Shown here one piece after another: positions 43,902 to 43,978 of a stretch of DNA of 43,978 nucleotides; position 1 is the first letter of the stretch; the number at the start of each line of letters is the position of its first letter. The stretch is taken from the NCBI GenBank assembly GCA_029210695.1, contig JARGFH010000030.1, positions 1 to 43,978 on the forward strand. The letters run 5' to 3'. This DNA comes from Acidimicrobiia bacterium. GTDB taxonomy: Bacteria > Actinomycetota > Acidimicrobiia > Spongiisociales > JAHEDJ01. A program made the translations under genes and the position numbers. Below the pieces are notes generated by a model. It worked only from the letters and a program-made list of their open reading frames with translations, was not told where the DNA came from and made no database searches.

Positions 43902-43978
43902 CGGAACTTGTCAAGCTTTTTGAGACAGACGGTTCATTGTTTCATTGGGTCGGCGTGTCCTCCTCTGGTTTGTTGATC
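43902..43978 (-). mobile_element. Right end of an IS3-family-like element
   Basis: Minus strand reads INKPEEDTPTQ* (stop 43942-43944), then TGTCTCAAAAAAGCTTGACAAGTTCCG. This matches the W-I-N-x-P transposase tail and the ...TTGACA..TTCCG end I recall for one IS3 subgroup. Confidence 0.6.

Overview
High-GC actinobacterial-type DNA (Acidimicrobiia-like by its Cys-containing SLH proteins and actinobacterial Tad locus; this is an inference). Both ends are insertion sequences: on the left an IS21-type end nested inside an IS6110-like IS3 element, on the right an IS3-family right end that cuts a secreted-protein gene. Three blocks lie between them. (1) About 0.65-19.3 kb: a Wzx/Wzy-type surface polysaccharide locus with three glycosyltransferases, a deacetylase, a flippase, a ligase/polymerase and a Wzz-like protein with an HhH tail. 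It also carries two APH/choline-kinase-like proteins, two NTase-like + thymidylate-kinase-like fusions, an ATP-grasp enzyme, a tandem pair of uncharacterised secreted paralogues and two SLH proteins. (2) About 19.6-33.6 kb: an RRM protein followed by an unannotated Cys/His microprotein, a TetR + heterodimeric ABC exporter with its operator, several ordinary enzymes, and deletion scars (tfoX; mrpA-mrpE). (3) About 33.7-43.9 kb: a Tad/Flp pilus operon whose terminal LysM membrane protein ends in six WD40 repeats instead of the usual BTAD domain. Best candidates for undescribed biology: the kinase/NTase/ATP-grasp glycan-decoration locus coupled to SLH proteins, and the LysM-TM-WD40 Tad protein. 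All calls were made by reading the sequence; no database searches were run.
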